Of a stretch of DNA of 64,000 bases, positions 32,996-43,432 are shown piece by piece. Within the stretch, counting starts at the first letter, position 1; each line of letters starts with the position of its first letter. Location: positions 434,001 through 498,000 of the forward strand of contig JBMNHG010000008.1 in the NCBI GenBank assembly GCA_050950285.1. The letters run 5' to 3'. A model generated the notes under the pieces. That model saw only the letters and a program-made list of their open reading frames with translations. It made no database searches and had not been told where the DNA came from. Both the position numbers and the translations under genes were made by a program. This DNA is from Kiritimatiellia bacterium. GTDB lineage: Bacteria > Verrucomicrobiota > Kiritimatiellia > RFP12 > JBMNHG01.

Positions 32996-35221
32996 CTATC
33001 GGAGCCAGGAGGCCTTGGCGCGGTCGGCCAGCGGGTGGCCGGGGAGGCGTTCCACGATTTCCTTCGCGAGTTCGCGGGCTTCGTCCGTGCGGCGCTGGCG
33101 TTCGAGGCAGTCGAGTTCGAGTTCGAGGATGTCGGGGAGGGCGGGCCCCATCTCCGCCAGTCGGCGGTAGGCGCGAAGGGTGGCGATGGCCCGGCGGTCG
33201 TCGCCGAGATGGGCGTAGAGGCGGGCTTCGGCGAGGGGGTAGTCGCCGCTCAATTTGGACAGCGGGGACTCGATTTCCCAGCGCCGCAGCTCTTCCATGG
33301 CCTCTTCCGCGGCGTCTTGGGCGAGGTGGTCGCGGATGGTGGCCATGTAGGTGGCGTCGCGCACGGCCTGGGCCTTCCATGGATCGATGCGGACGCGCGA
33401 GGAAAGCGGCACAAGGGAGGTGCGGCGGCCCTGGGCCGCCGTTCCGCCGCCGGGGCGCACGGTGGCGGAAGAGGGCTTCACGCGGCTCCGGATGCGGTCG
33501 TGGGCTTCGGTGTAAAAACGGCGCGCCGCGCCGGCGTCTCCGGCGAAGCGTTCGACGTCCCCCTGGCGTACCAGCGCGAGGTCGACCAGCGCGGGGAGGG
33601 TGGTGTCGCGGCGCAGGGCCGCGGCCTCGCGGCGTGCCGCGGGGATGTCGTCCGCCTCGAAGAGAAGGGCGGCCACGCGTTCTTCGCGCCAGTGGAACTT
33701 GCGGTTCGTCTCGCGTTCGTCCCGCGCGAGGGTGTCGAGGGCGGCAAGGAGCGCGGCGGGGTCCTTCCGGGCCCGCAGGCTTTCCACGTAGCGGTCTTCC
33801 AGGATGCGGCGGTCGTCCGCCGGGAGGGCGCGAAGGGTTTTCCCGCCCCGTTCGAAGAGGGGCTGGAGGATGGGGCCGCCCTTGTAGGGTTCGAGGACGA
33901 TGGCGAGAAGGTTCCAGAGATCCGCGGGCCAGCCGGCGCCCGGATCTTTCCCTGCCGGGGCGGATTCGACCCGCTGCAGGAAGGCGCGGCGGTAGGCGAG
34001 GCGCCCGCCGGGCGCGAGCGCGTTCGCGGCGGGCGGCGGCGTGCCGGAGTAAAGGGGCGCGGAGACGCGGGCGAGGCCGTGGGCGTTGGAGGCGACGAGC
34101 GCGACCGGGACGGGTTTTTCGCCCACCACGAGCCATTCGCACGAGGGGCCGTGCACGATGCGTCCGTCGCCGAAGTCCCAGGCGAAGGCGAGGTCTTTCG
34201 CGTGGTCGCCCGCATCGGCGCGGAGGAGGTGGCGCTGGACGGGCTCCTCGCCGAACCACAGGTAGTCCGCGGCTTGGGAGGCGCCCTCGATGGCGGCGGC
34301 GCGCCGTCCATCGCGCAGGTGGATCCCCGCGAGACGGGCGGTGCCGCTTTGGAGGAAGGCCTCGGGCGGAATCTGTTCGGGCAGCTCGCTGTCGGATTTC
34401 GCGCGCTTCCAGACGGCCATCATCTCCTGGGGGCCGGTCGCCTCGAAGTGGAAGTAGTCGATGCGGTGCCAGCCGGCCTCGAGGGAGACGGCCTTTCCGT
34501 GCTGGCCTTGGGCGCCCTCGTCGCGGGTGTGGAGGCCGGGCCACGAGGCGACGGTCCTGCCGTCGATCTGCAGTTCGGACCCCTCGTCCGAGACGGTGCC
34601 GAAGTAGAGGGTCTCCGGGGCATCGAGCAGGAACCATCCGGAATACCAGGTGGAGTAGTCGTCGTCGGGGCCGAAGGGGTTTTCCCGGTGGCCCAGGTAG
34701 GGGACCTGCCCCATGCGGGTGCCGGCGCCGGGCGGGGTGGGGCCGGCCAGTTTGCGCGCGGCGTCGAGCGAGGCGTTCCCGGTTTTCGTGCAGAGGAGAA
34801 GTCCCGGGCGGAGGGACGTGGCGGCCTTCCGGGACGGAGCCATCGCGGGGGCGCGCTTCAGGTAGACGCCGATGCGCGAGGACGACGCCGGAGGAACCGC
34901 GCAGGCCAGGAGCAGCCCTTCGGCGGGATTCCGCCAGAGCACGTGGTGGTCGAGCCGAGCGCCGGCGTCGTCCCGGACGTCCGTCGCCACCTCGCCGGCG
35001 GGGAGAAGGCCGCCGTCGGGCAGGCGGAGGAGCACGCCGGATTCGGCATGCAAGGGACGCGAGACCACGTCGAAGTCGACGCGGAGCGCGGCGTCCGGAA
35101 CGAGCCAGCCTTCGGGAGGATTGGCCTTTGCCTGCTGTGCGTTGCCGCGAAAAGCCGGGAGGCAGAGAAGCGCCCCGAGGAGGGACAGGCGCCCCAGGCG
35201 AGGAAGAACACGTATCTTCAT
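32996..35221 (-). CDS. Secreted PA14/PKD-like domain protein with C-terminal TPR-like helices, 741 aa
   Basis: Signal peptide; PA14-like YSGWF..FGTVSDEGSELQIDG..LEAGWHRI; PKD-like WDFGDG; helical C-terminus ending LPGHPLA. Confidence 0.72.
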   Translation of the reverse strand: MKIRVLPRLGRLSLLGALLCLPAFRGNAQQAKANPPEGWLVPDAALRVDFDVVSRPLHAESGVLLRLPDGGLLPAGEVATDVRDDAGARLDHHVLWRNPAEGLLLACAVPPASSSRIGVYLKRAPAMAPSRKAATSLRPGLLLCTKTGNASLDAARKLAGPTPPGAGTRMGQVPYLGHRENPFGPDDDYSTWYSGWFLLDAPETLYFGTVSDEGSELQIDGRTVASWPGLHTRDEGAQGQHGKAVSLEAGWHRIDYFHFEATGPQEMMAVWKRAKSDSELPEQIPPEAFLQSGTARLAGIHLRDGRRAAAIEGASQAADYLWFGEEPVQRHLLRADAGDHAKDLAFAWDFGDGRIVHGPSCEWLVVGEKPVPVALVASNAHGLARVSAPLYSGTPPPAANALAPGGRLAYRRAFLQRVESAPAGKDPGAGWPADLWNLLAIVLEPYKGGPILQPLFERGGKTLRALPADDRRILEDRYVESLRARKDPAALLAALDTLARDERETNRKFHWREERVAALLFEADDIPAARREAAALRRDTTLPALVDLALVRQGDVERFAGDAGAARRFYTEAHDRIRSRVKPSSATVRPGGGTAAQGRRTSLVPLSSRVRIDPWKAQAVRDATYMATIRDHLAQDAAEEAMEELRRWEIESPLSKLSGDYPLAEARLYAHLGDDRRAIATLRAYRRLAEMGPALPDILELELDCLERQRRTDEARELAKEIVERLPGHPLADRAKASWLR

Positions 35222-35332
35222 GGGGAAAGCATATCGCATGGATGCCCCGGGCGAAAGCCGGAAGTCGATGCGATCGGCGACAGAGGAAGGTGCGTCGGGA
35301 GGGGGGCGGGAGCAACGGGCGTCCGCCCGTCC

Positions 35333-35412
35333 GTCGCGGGTCGCGTGTCGCGGCACGCCGTGGGTCGCAAGTCGCGTGTCGCGTGTCGCAAGTCGCGTGT
35401 CGCAGGTCGCGG
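35333..35412. repeat. GTCGCNN heptamer tandem array (10 units)
   Basis: GTCGCGG/GTCGCGT/GTCGCAA/GTCGCAG units; same family as the 7-mers at 2236-2505; lies between divergent genes. Confidence 0.85.
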
Positions 35413-35464
35413 CATGCCGCGAAGGGGGGCACGCCGCAGTTTCCGGGCGAGGATGTTTTTCTTC

Positions 35465-35493
35465 TTCGCACCGGCACGGGTTCCCGGTATCAT
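35465..35493 (+). promoter_or_regulatory. Putative sigma70 leaderless promoter of the 35500 lipoprotein gene
   Basis: TTCGCA-N17-TATCAT-N6-ATG. Confidence 0.55.
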
Positions 35494-35499
35494 GCCGGT

Positions 35500-38400
35500 A
35501 TGAAACTGAAAGATTGTTCCGTTGCCGTCCCGTCTTTCGTTTGCGGCGCGATCACGCTCCTGGCCTTTGCCGCGGGGTGTACGAAGACGCAGGAGGATCG
35601 CGTGCCGGTCTCGAACCCCGTCCAGCCGGAGATGCGGCTGGGCCTGGAGGACGGCCGGTTCGTCTGGGAGGTGGCGCCGCTGGACGGCATCGCGGCGGAG
35701 ACGCGGCTCGTGGAGCCCGCCTGGAAGCCGGGGGCGCAGGCCGTGGAGGCCGTCTGGCGCAAGGATGGCGTCGTCGTCCGCACGGAAACGTACGAGCTTC
35801 CCGCGATGGACGACTTCGAGGCGCAGCTGGAGAAGCGCCGGCGCCAGATCCGCATCCCCTTCGACATGCCCTTCGATGGCAAGGCCACGGTGGTGGTCGA
35901 CACGCCCGGCGGCGTCCGGGTGCGGAATGTGATCCAGGGCATCCCCTTCGAAAAGGGGTGCCACGAGGTGGAATGGGACGGGTATCGCGAGGATGGCGTG
36001 CTGGCCCTCCCCGGCGACTACACGGTCCGCATCGCCGTGCATCCCGGGCTCTCCTACGAATACCTCGGCTACAGCGCCTGCGGCGGCGACGGCGACCTCT
36101 GGATCCCGTGGGGTCCGAACCATACCACCTTCGTCGATGGCCTCGTGCGCGGCGATCGGGTTGTCTTCTCGACCTACTTCACCGAGGGCGGCCACTCCAC
36201 GTCCATGCTCGACGCCTCCACGGGCAAGTTCCTGTCCGGCTGGTCCGACCACTGGGACGGCGCGAACGACTCGCTCTTCCTCGTGGACGGCTCCGGCGCC
36301 ACGAACCGCTTCTACGCCGTGCGCGGGAAGAAGGCGGACCACTCCGTCGACTTCCGGGGCTATCGCTGGGATGGCGCCGGGCGCGTCGGCGTGCGCGTGA
36401 AGGCGGAGCTTCCGCCGACCTTCCCGGTCGGGGCGGCGCGCATCGGCCCGACCCTCTACATCGCCAACTCGGTTTCCGGGACGCTCGATGCGTACGAGCT
36501 GTGCGAGACGAACGCCTGGACGGAGGTGCTCCCCTCCGGGATCCCGTCGCGCCCGCTCGGCGTGGTCGGGCCCATTTGCGCGGTTGACGGGCGGATCGTC
36601 GAGGCGCCTTCCACGAACGTCTTCTCGATGTCCACCGACGGCGCGCTGCTCTACTGCTGCGAGCACGGGGCGGATGTCGTGCGCGTCTACGACGCCGCCA
36701 CCGGGAACTTTGTCCGCATCCTCGGCGAGCCCGGCGGCTTCGCCTTCGGCCCATGGAACGCGAACCGCATGATCCGTCCCGCGAGCGCCACGCCCGACGG
36801 CGCCGGCTCCCTTTGGCTCACCGAGACCCGCTACTCGCCCAAGCGCGTCTCGAAGTGGGATCTCGCCGGCGGGACGTGCGTGTACGAGAAGTTCGGCCCG
36901 CCCACCTACGGCTATCCCGGCATGGGCTTCGATCCCGAGAACCCCACCCGCTGGATGGCCTACCACACCCGCTGGACGCTCGACGACGAGAAGGGGATCG
37001 ACGCCCCCGCCGCCATCGTCCTGCCCAACGACGCCCCCCAGGGCGGCGAGCCGCGGAAGACCAACGAAACCGCCCCCGCCGCCGCCGGAGGTTCCGTCGC
37101 GCCCATCCCGATCGGCCACCTGCGCTACACCTTCCTCCATCGCGCGGGACGGACCTTCTGCTGGGGCCAGTCGGGCGCCACCACGCTCTTCGAGGTCAAG
37201 GAAGACCGCTTCCATCCCATCGCGATGGTGAGCCAGGTCCACCGCTACCTCTTCTGCACCGACCTCCGCGAAAACGTCCCCGAGCCGCTCCGGAAGGCCT
37301 ACGACGCCGCCTTCCCGGGCACTCCGCCCGACCAGCTCGCCCGCACGATGTGGAACGATGTCCGCATGCTCTTCTGGCTCGACCGCGACCGCGACGGCGT
37401 GATGGACGCGGAGGAGTTCGAGTTCGGCCCCGTGAAGAACGGCGTCGAATACTGGGGCTTCCACGTCGAAGGCTTCGACTTCCGCATGCCCGTGCAGATC
37501 GACGGCGGGAACTTCCTCCTGCCCTTCGACGCCGGCCCGCTCGAGGGCGACTCCCTCCCCGCCTACTCCCTCGCCGCCGCGCTCGAACGCCGCATCCCGC
37601 TCGCCGGCGAACTTCCCGTGGGCAACCGCTCGCTCGAATGCCAGGCCTTCGCCGATCGTTTCGGGCGCACCATCGGCCTCACCCTCTCGCCCTACATGGT
37701 GGGCATCGATCCCGACGGGACGCTCCGCTGGACGATGTACAACCCCTGGCCGGGCGTCCATGGCTCGCAAGCCGCCTCCATGCCGAAGGTCGGCGAACTC
37801 CAGGGGCTGCTCTTCTCCCTCGGCGCCGTGCCGTACTCCGGCACGGCGGACGTCTTCGCCGCCATGAACAACCACGGCCGCATCTTCTTCCTCACCACCG
37901 ACGGCCTGTACCTGGACGAGCTGTTCAGCGATTGCCGCGTCTCCGCGCGCAACGACGAATCGCTTGTCGGCGGCGAGGCCTTCGGCGGAATGTTCGCCTA
38001 CGACGCCGTCCACAAGCAGTGCATCCTCCAGGCCGGCGGCTACCGCCGCTACCGGATCCGCGGGATCGACCAGGTGCGGGAAACCCGCCAGGAACTCGCG
38101 GTCACGCCCGACCAGATCCTCGCCGCCGAGGCGAATCCGCCCGCCGCCGCCGGCACGTACGTCCCGCCCGCCACGGAGGTCCCCGGACGCATCGAGTGGG
38201 AGCCTCCGCAAGGCAAGATCAACGTCGTCCTCTCGCGGACCGGCGACGCGCTCGTGCTCGAATACCGCGTCCCCGACCCCTCGCCCTGGACGAACAACGG
38301 CACCGATCCCTTCCTCATGTTCAAGACCGGCGACGGCATCGACCTGCAGTACCTCGACGCCGACGGCCTGCCCGTGCGCCTGTTCGCCAGCCCGAAGGCC

Positions 38401-40458
38401 GGCGATCCCGCCGCGACGCAGGTGATGAAGGTGCGCCACCACGTGCCCGACGCCGAGAAGGCCTCCGCCCGGCCCCACGGCTTCTCCTCGCCCTGGCGCA
38501 CCCACACCGCCGCCGACGTGGCCTTCCCCGAGGACATCGGCCTCTCCGTCCGCACCGAGGGATGGGGCACCGTCGCGACCCTCTCCGTCCCGCTCCACCA
38601 CTTCGGAGCGACCGTCCCCGACCCGCTTTCCGCCGATTTCGGCGTGGTCTACGGCGACCGCGAAGGCCGCATCAACCTCTCCCGCTCCTACTGGGCGAAC
38701 AAGCAGACCGGCCTCGTGAACGACGTCCCCGGCGAGATCATCCCCGAACCCGCGAAGTGGGGCGCCGTGCGCTTCGGCACGGCCCCGGCAGACGCCGGAT
38801 CCCCTGCGCCGGACGGCCCGGACGGCGCCGCCGCGCCCGCCATCGGGGCGGAGGCGGCCGCGCTGCGCGACCTCGGCCCGCTCGTGAACCCGGGCGGCCT
38901 CGTCGTCCCCGCCGGATCCGGCGATTCGAACGAGAACGGCCCCGTGTGGGACGCCGCCCGGCAGTTGCTCTACGCCTCGCAGGGACGCGGGCGGATCGTG
39001 GCGATGCGCCTCGACGGCACGCGGGTGGCCACCTACACGCTGCCCGGCGCCGGCCCCTTCGTCCGCTTCGATACGATGGCCATCTCCGACGCCGGCGACG
39101 TCTTCGTGCTCGCGGGCGGCATCCAGGAGAACGGACGCGTCTATCGCATCCCCGCCGATTCGCCCGACGGCGCGGAGGCACAGACGGCCGCCGAACGCGT
39201 GGCCGCGATGTCGCCCCATGCGCACGACGGCGCGATCGCGCTCGTCCGCCGCGACTCCACGGTCTCGCTCCTGGATGTCACGACCCTGCAGGAGACGCCT
39301 TTCGCGTCGACGAAGGCCATCGACGAGTGGCCCGGGCTCGACCGCGGCGACATTGCCCGCTACCCCTGCATGGCCGGCTGGCTCGCCGACGGCGACTTCG
39401 CGATGGTCGTGCGCCACCACCCGCTCTTCCGCTTCAAGGACGGCGAGGCGCAGGTTCCGCCGACCGACCTCTTCGGCTCCCGCGAAATCGTGATCGAAAA
39501 GGGCTTCGTCTGCGGCGAGAACTTCTGGATGGCGTGCGGCAACACCATCAAACTCTACAACGCGCGAACCCTCGCGGCCGAACCGGGTGTCGTCGCCGGC
39601 GGGAATTCCGGCTACTTCCTCGGCGGCGTGGGCAAGGAATACCACGAGGTGGACGTGCGCGGCATCTGCGAGGTGGGGCCGAACCTCATCGCGGTCACCG
39701 CCCGCAACAACGCCGCCATCTACGTCTATCGCTACGATCCCGCCACGAAGAAGGCGACGCCCGTGCGCCGCCTGGGCGGCATCGTGGACCCGATGAACCT
39801 CGTCGTCGACCCCGAAGGGTACGTGATGTGCGACAACGTCATCTGGGCCTTCGACCAGCATCCGCTCGACGTCCCCTTCGATTCCGCCCTGCGGATGCCC
39901 GTCCGCGCGACCGCCATGCTGCCGGACGGCCGCGTCGTGCTCGTCACCGACGCCCACGGCCAGGCGATGGAGTTCCGTAGCGGAAGCCTGCGCAAAGGCC
40001 TCCACATCGACTACAACCGCGACCGCCGCCCCTATCTCGACGACGAGAGGCGCCCGTGGGGGCAGAACTGGACGCCCGCGCCATGGCGCTGCGACCTCGC
40101 GCCGCTCGCGGAACCCGCCGGCGCCTGGGAGCTCACCGCAATCCACCACGACGGCGTGCGGCGCGTCTACGCCTTCACCCGCGACGGACACCCGCTCCCC
40201 GAAAACGCCTACCGGCGCATCGATGGCGGCGAGCCGCCCGACGAACGGATCTTCGAGGCGCGCGATGGCGGCCTCGTGGCGCGTGTCGACCGCGATGCCG
40301 GAACCCTCGAGATCCTGCGGGGAGGCTCCGGGGCGCCGGCGGTCCGCATCGCCCTCTTCGAAGGCCTTGCCGCCCCGACCCGCGTCGCGATGTCCAACGG
40401 ACGCATCGTCGTCTACGAATCCGACGCCCAGCGCCTCCGCCGATTCCGCCTGGAGTAG
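35500..40458 (+). CDS. Large lipoprotein with FlgD-Ig-like domain and beta-propeller repeats, 1652 aa
   Basis: Lipobox FAAG-C; RVRNVI..HEVEWDGYREDG..PGDY (FlgD-Ig-like); NHL-like repeats; WLDRDRDG; C-terminal sugar-binding-like region. The true start lies inside the 3108-aa ORF. Confidence 0.8.
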   Translation: MKLKDCSVAVPSFVCGAITLLAFAAGCTKTQEDRVPVSNPVQPEMRLGLEDGRFVWEVAPLDGIAAETRLVEPAWKPGAQAVEAVWRKDGVVVRTETYELPAMDDFEAQLEKRRRQIRIPFDMPFDGKATVVVDTPGGVRVRNVIQGIPFEKGCHEVEWDGYREDGVLALPGDYTVRIAVHPGLSYEYLGYSACGGDGDLWIPWGPNHTTFVDGLVRGDRVVFSTYFTEGGHSTSMLDASTGKFLSGWSDHWDGANDSLFLVDGSGATNRFYAVRGKKADHSVDFRGYRWDGAGRVGVRVKAELPPTFPVGAARIGPTLYIANSVSGTLDAYELCETNAWTEVLPSGIPSRPLGVVGPICAVDGRIVEAPSTNVFSMSTDGALLYCCEHGADVVRVYDAATGNFVRILGEPGGFAFGPWNANRMIRPASATPDGAGSLWLTETRYSPKRVSKWDLAGGTCVYEKFGPPTYGYPGMGFDPENPTRWMAYHTRWTLDDEKGIDAPAAIVLPNDAPQGGEPRKTNETAPAAAGGSVAPIPIGHLRYTFLHRAGRTFCWGQSGATTLFEVKEDRFHPIAMVSQVHRYLFCTDLRENVPEPLRKAYDAAFPGTPPDQLARTMWNDVRMLFWLDRDRDGVMDAEEFEFGPVKNGVEYWGFHVEGFDFRMPVQIDGGNFLLPFDAGPLEGDSLPAYSLAAALERRIPLAGELPVGNRSLECQAFADRFGRTIGLTLSPYMVGIDPDGTLRWTMYNPWPGVHGSQAASMPKVGELQGLLFSLGAVPYSGTADVFAAMNNHGRIFFLTTDGLYLDELFSDCRVSARNDESLVGGEAFGGMFAYDAVHKQCILQAGGYRRYRIRGIDQVRETRQELAVTPDQILAAEANPPAAAGTYVPPATEVPGRIEWEPPQGKINVVLSRTGDALVLEYRVPDPSPWTNNGTDPFLMFKTGDGIDLQYLDADGLPVRLFASPKAGDPAATQVMKVRHHVPDAEKASARPHGFSSPWRTHTAADVAFPEDIGLSVRTEGWGTVATLSVPLHHFGATVPDPLSADFGVVYGDREGRINLSRSYWANKQTGLVNDVPGEIIPEPAKWGAVRFGTAPADAGSPAPDGPDGAAAPAIGAEAAALRDLGPLVNPGGLVVPAGSGDSNENGPVWDAARQLLYASQGRGRIVAMRLDGTRVATYTLPGAGPFVRFDTMAISDAGDVFVLAGGIQENGRVYRIPADSPDGAEAQTAAERVAAMSPHAHDGAIALVRRDSTVSLLDVTTLQETPFASTKAIDEWPGLDRGDIARYPCMAGWLADGDFAMVVRHHPLFRFKDGEAQVPPTDLFGSREIVIEKGFVCGENFWMACGNTIKLYNARTLAAEPGVVAGGNSGYFLGGVGKEYHEVDVRGICEVGPNLIAVTARNNAAIYVYRYDPATKKATPVRRLGGIVDPMNLVVDPEGYVMCDNVIWAFDQHPLDVPFDSALRMPVRATAMLPDGRVVLVTDAHGQAMEFRSGSLRKGLHIDYNRDRRPYLDDERRPWGQNWTPAPWRCDLAPLAEPAGAWELTAIHHDGVRRVYAFTRDGHPLPENAYRRIDGGEPPDERIFEARDGGLVARVDRDAGTLEILRGGSGAPAVRIALFEGLAAPTRVAMSNGRIVVYESDAQRLRRFRLE

Positions 40459-40550
40459 CCGCCGTCCAATCCGGCGGAAACGGGGATGGGCCCGGGGCTT
40501 CCATCACGCGCCGCAAGAGGAGGCGGTTCCCCGCAATTTCCCCGGACGGC

Positions 40551-40579
40551 TTGACCCTCAATCCGTTCGTCCGTATACT
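40551..40579 (+). promoter_or_regulatory. Sigma70 promoter of the TPR-dapL operon
   Basis: TTGACC-N17-TATACT. Confidence 0.7.
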
Positions 40580-40607
40580 TCCCCTCTGGTAATCCGGGAA
40601 TTCTGCC

Positions 40608-42020
40608 ATGACCAAAGAACAGACGCCTTCCCCCAGCGACAAGCAAGTCCAGCTCTTCTTCAACAAGGGTTTCGCCGCCTTCGAACGCGGATCGCTCGAC
40701 ATGGCGGTGGATTTGTTGATGCAATGCGTCGAAATGGCGCCGAACTTCGAGCGCGCCCGGAAGTTCCTCCACTCCGCCGCCATCCAGCGCGCCCTCAAGA
40801 AGGGGAGGTCCTCCCTCCAGCTCGCGGGGGCCGAACTCGCGGGGTTCGGCGCCTTCCTCCGGGCCCAGGCCCTCAAGGGCTCCAAGCCCGAAGCCGCGCT
40901 TCTCGCCGCCGAGAAGATGATCCTCGCCGCCCCGCTCTCCAAGAAATACGCCATCGCCTATGCCGACATCGCCACGGCCGCCGGACAACCCGACATCGGC
41001 GTGATGGGCCTCGAAGTCCTGCTCGAACAGTGGCCCGGCGACCCCGGCCTCCTCTCCAAGCTCGCCGTGATGTACCAGACCATCGGCGAATGGGCCCGCA
41101 GCCGCGATTGCTACGCCGAGCTCCAGAGGCTCTTCCCCCGGAATCCGGACTACGTGAAGGCCCTCAAGGAGGCCGAAGCGAGGGTCACCGTGAAGACCGG
41201 CGGCTGGGAGGAGAACACCGCCCTCGACGGACAGGGCGGCAAGGACGACTTCCGCAAGCTCATCCGGGACAAGGAGCAGGCGAAAACCCTCGACATGAAG
41301 AACAAGTCCGTGATCGACGGTTCCGACGCCGACGTCCTCATCGAGGAGCAAAAGGCCAAGATCGCCCGCGACCCCGCGAACCTCAACTTCCGCATCGGCC
41401 TCGCACGCCTCTATTCGCAGAAGAAGGACTTCGCCTCCGCCGTCGCCACCCTCGAGGAGGCGCGCGAGCGCAACCCCACCGATCCCGAGCTCGACCGCGT
41501 CCTCACGAACGCCCGCATCGCGGACTACGACGCCCGCGTGGCCGCCGCGAAGGACTCCGGCGACGCCGCCCTCGCCCGGGAGCTCGAAAGGGAGCGCGGC
41601 CAGTTCGTCTTCGACGACCTCGTCTCCCGCGTGGAGCGCTACCCGAACGACCTCCGCCTCCGCTTCGAACTCGGCCAGCAGTACTTCCAGTACGAGGCCT
41701 ATGACGACGCGATCCAGCAGTTCCAGCTCGCGCAGAAGTCGCCGAAGGACCGCAACGAGTCCCTCTGCTACCTCGCCCGCTGCTTCCGCTCCAAGGGCCA
41801 GAAGGAAATGGCCGTGATGCAGCTCGAAACCGCCCTCGCCCAGTTGCCCATCATGAACGACCTCCGCAAGCAGGTCCTCTTCGAACTCGGCGAAATCGCC
41901 GAGGAGAACGGCGACATCGAAAAGGCCTTCGCCTACTACCAGGAAATCTACGGCGCCGACATCTCCTATCGCGACATCGGCGAGAAGATGCAGCGCATCT
42001 ACACCCTCCGCCAGGCATAG
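40608..42020 (+). CDS. Tetratricopeptide repeat protein
   Basis: Repeated TPR helices ([18 protein letters not shown].., [21 protein letters not shown]). Confidence 0.85.
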   Translation: MTKEQTPSPSDKQVQLFFNKGFAAFERGSLDMAVDLLMQCVEMAPNFERARKFLHSAAIQRALKKGRSSLQLAGAELAGFGAFLRAQALKGSKPEAALLAAEKMILAAPLSKKYAIAYADIATAAGQPDIGVMGLEVLLEQWPGDPGLLSKLAVMYQTIGEWARSRDCYAELQRLFPRNPDYVKALKEAEARVTVKTGGWEENTALDGQGGKDDFRKLIRDKEQAKTLDMKNKSVIDGSDADVLIEEQKAKIARDPANLNFRIGLARLYSQKKDFASAVATLEEARERNPTDPELDRVLTNARIADYDARVAAAKDSGDAALARELERERGQFVFDDLVSRVERYPNDLRLRFELGQQYFQYEAYDDAIQQFQLAQKSPKDRNESLCYLARCFRSKGQKEMAVMQLETALAQLPIMNDLRKQVLFELGEIAEENGDIEKAFAYYQEIYGADISYRDIGEKMQRIYTLRQA

Positions 42021-42027
42021 CCCTCCC

Positions 42028-43263
42028 ATGATCACCGTCAACGAACACTACGCCAAGCTCCAGTCCTCCTACCTCTTTTCCGACATCGCCGCCCGTGTCC
42101 GCGCCTATCAGGCCGCCCACCCGGACGCGGAGATCATCCGCCTCGGCATCGGCGACGTCACCGAGCCCCTCCCTCCCGCCTGCGTCGCCGCCCTCCACGC
42201 GGCCGCGGACGAGATGGCCTCCCGCGACACCTTCCGCGGCTACGGGCCCGAGCAGGGCTACGGCTTCCTTCGCGAGGCCATTGCCGAAAACGACTACCGC
42301 GCCCGCGGCGCCGACGTCTCCGCCGACGAGGTCTTCGTGAGCGACGGCGCGAAGTGCGACACCGCGAACATCCAGGAGCTTTTCGCGCAAAAGCTGCGGG
42401 TCGCCGTGCCGGACCCCGTCTACCCCGTGTACGTGGACACGAACGTGATGGCCGGCCGCACCGGGCCTTTCTCCGACGGCCGCTACAAGAAGCTCGTCTA
42501 CCTCGCCGGCACCTCCGCGAACAAGTTCGTCCCGCCGCCGCCGAAGCGCGCCGTGGATCTGGTGTACCTCTGCTTCCCGAACAACCCCACGGGCGCCACC
42601 GCCACCCGCGAGCAGCTCGCCGCCTGGGTGGACTACGCCCGCGAGAACAAGGCCCTCATCCTCTTCGACGCCGCCTACGAGGCCTTCATCCGCGATCCGG
42701 AGATCCCCCATTCGATCTTCGAGATCCCGGGCGCCCGCGACGTGGCCATCGAGTTCCGCAGCTTCTCGAAGACCGCCGGCTTCACCGGCGTCCGCTGCGC
42801 CTTCACCGTCGTCCCCAGGAGCTGCATGGCCTTCACCGCCGCCGGCGACGCCGTGCCCCTCCATCCGCTGTGGATGCGTCGCCACACCACCAAGTTCAAC
42901 GGCGTCTCCTACCCCGTGCAGCGCGCCGCCGCCGCCGTCTATACCCCCGAAGGCAAGCAACAGGTGCGGGATCTCGTCGACTTCTACCTCGGCAACGCCG
43001 CGGTGATTCGCAAGACCCTGCGGAAACTGGGCTTCAAGGTCGGCGGCGGCCGGAACTCGCCCTACCTCTGGGTGCGCACGGGCTCGCCCTCCTGGGAGTT
43101 CTTCGACCGCCTCCTCAACGAGTGCCAGGTGGTGACCACCCCCGGCGCCGGCTTCGGACGCGCGGGCGAAGGCTACATCCGCATCAGCGCCTTCAACTCC
43201 CGCGAGAAGGTCGAAGAGGCGATGGAACGCCTCAGCAAGGCCGGCATCCGCAGCGGCCGTTGA
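42028..43263 (+). CDS. dapL: LL-diaminopimelate aminotransferase
   Basis: [59 protein letters not shown]. Confidence 0.95.
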   Translation: MITVNEHYAKLQSSYLFSDIAARVRAYQAAHPDAEIIRLGIGDVTEPLPPACVAALHAAADEMASRDTFRGYGPEQGYGFLREAIAENDYRARGADVSADEVFVSDGAKCDTANIQELFAQKLRVAVPDPVYPVYVDTNVMAGRTGPFSDGRYKKLVYLAGTSANKFVPPPPKRAVDLVYLCFPNNPTGATATREQLAAWVDYARENKALILFDAAYEAFIRDPEIPHSIFEIPGARDVAIEFRSFSKTAGFTGVRCAFTVVPRSCMAFTAAGDAVPLHPLWMRRHTTKFNGVSYPVQRAAAAVYTPEGKQQVRDLVDFYLGNAAVIRKTLRKLGFKVGGGRNSPYLWVRTGSPSWEFFDRLLNECQVVTTPGAGFGRAGEGYIRISAFNSREKVEEAMERLSKAGIRSGR

Positions 43264-43432
43264 CGCCGTCCGGCCAAAATCCCCCTTGTTCCCATGGGGA
43301 GAACCATGATACGCTTTCGCCTGTCCCGTTTTCCGGGAGGGATCCTTTGTTGATCCGGGAAAGCCTTGAACCGTTGCCGGTTTACGCCGCCCGACATCCC
43401 TTCGCGAGAACCCGCAGAAAGGCAAGCCAGCC

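Noticed and set aside
31132..40458. 3108-aa giant ORF
   Set aside because: The first ~1450 codons are R/G/P-rich shadow translation overlapping two real genes. The protein-like sequence begins at ATG 35500.
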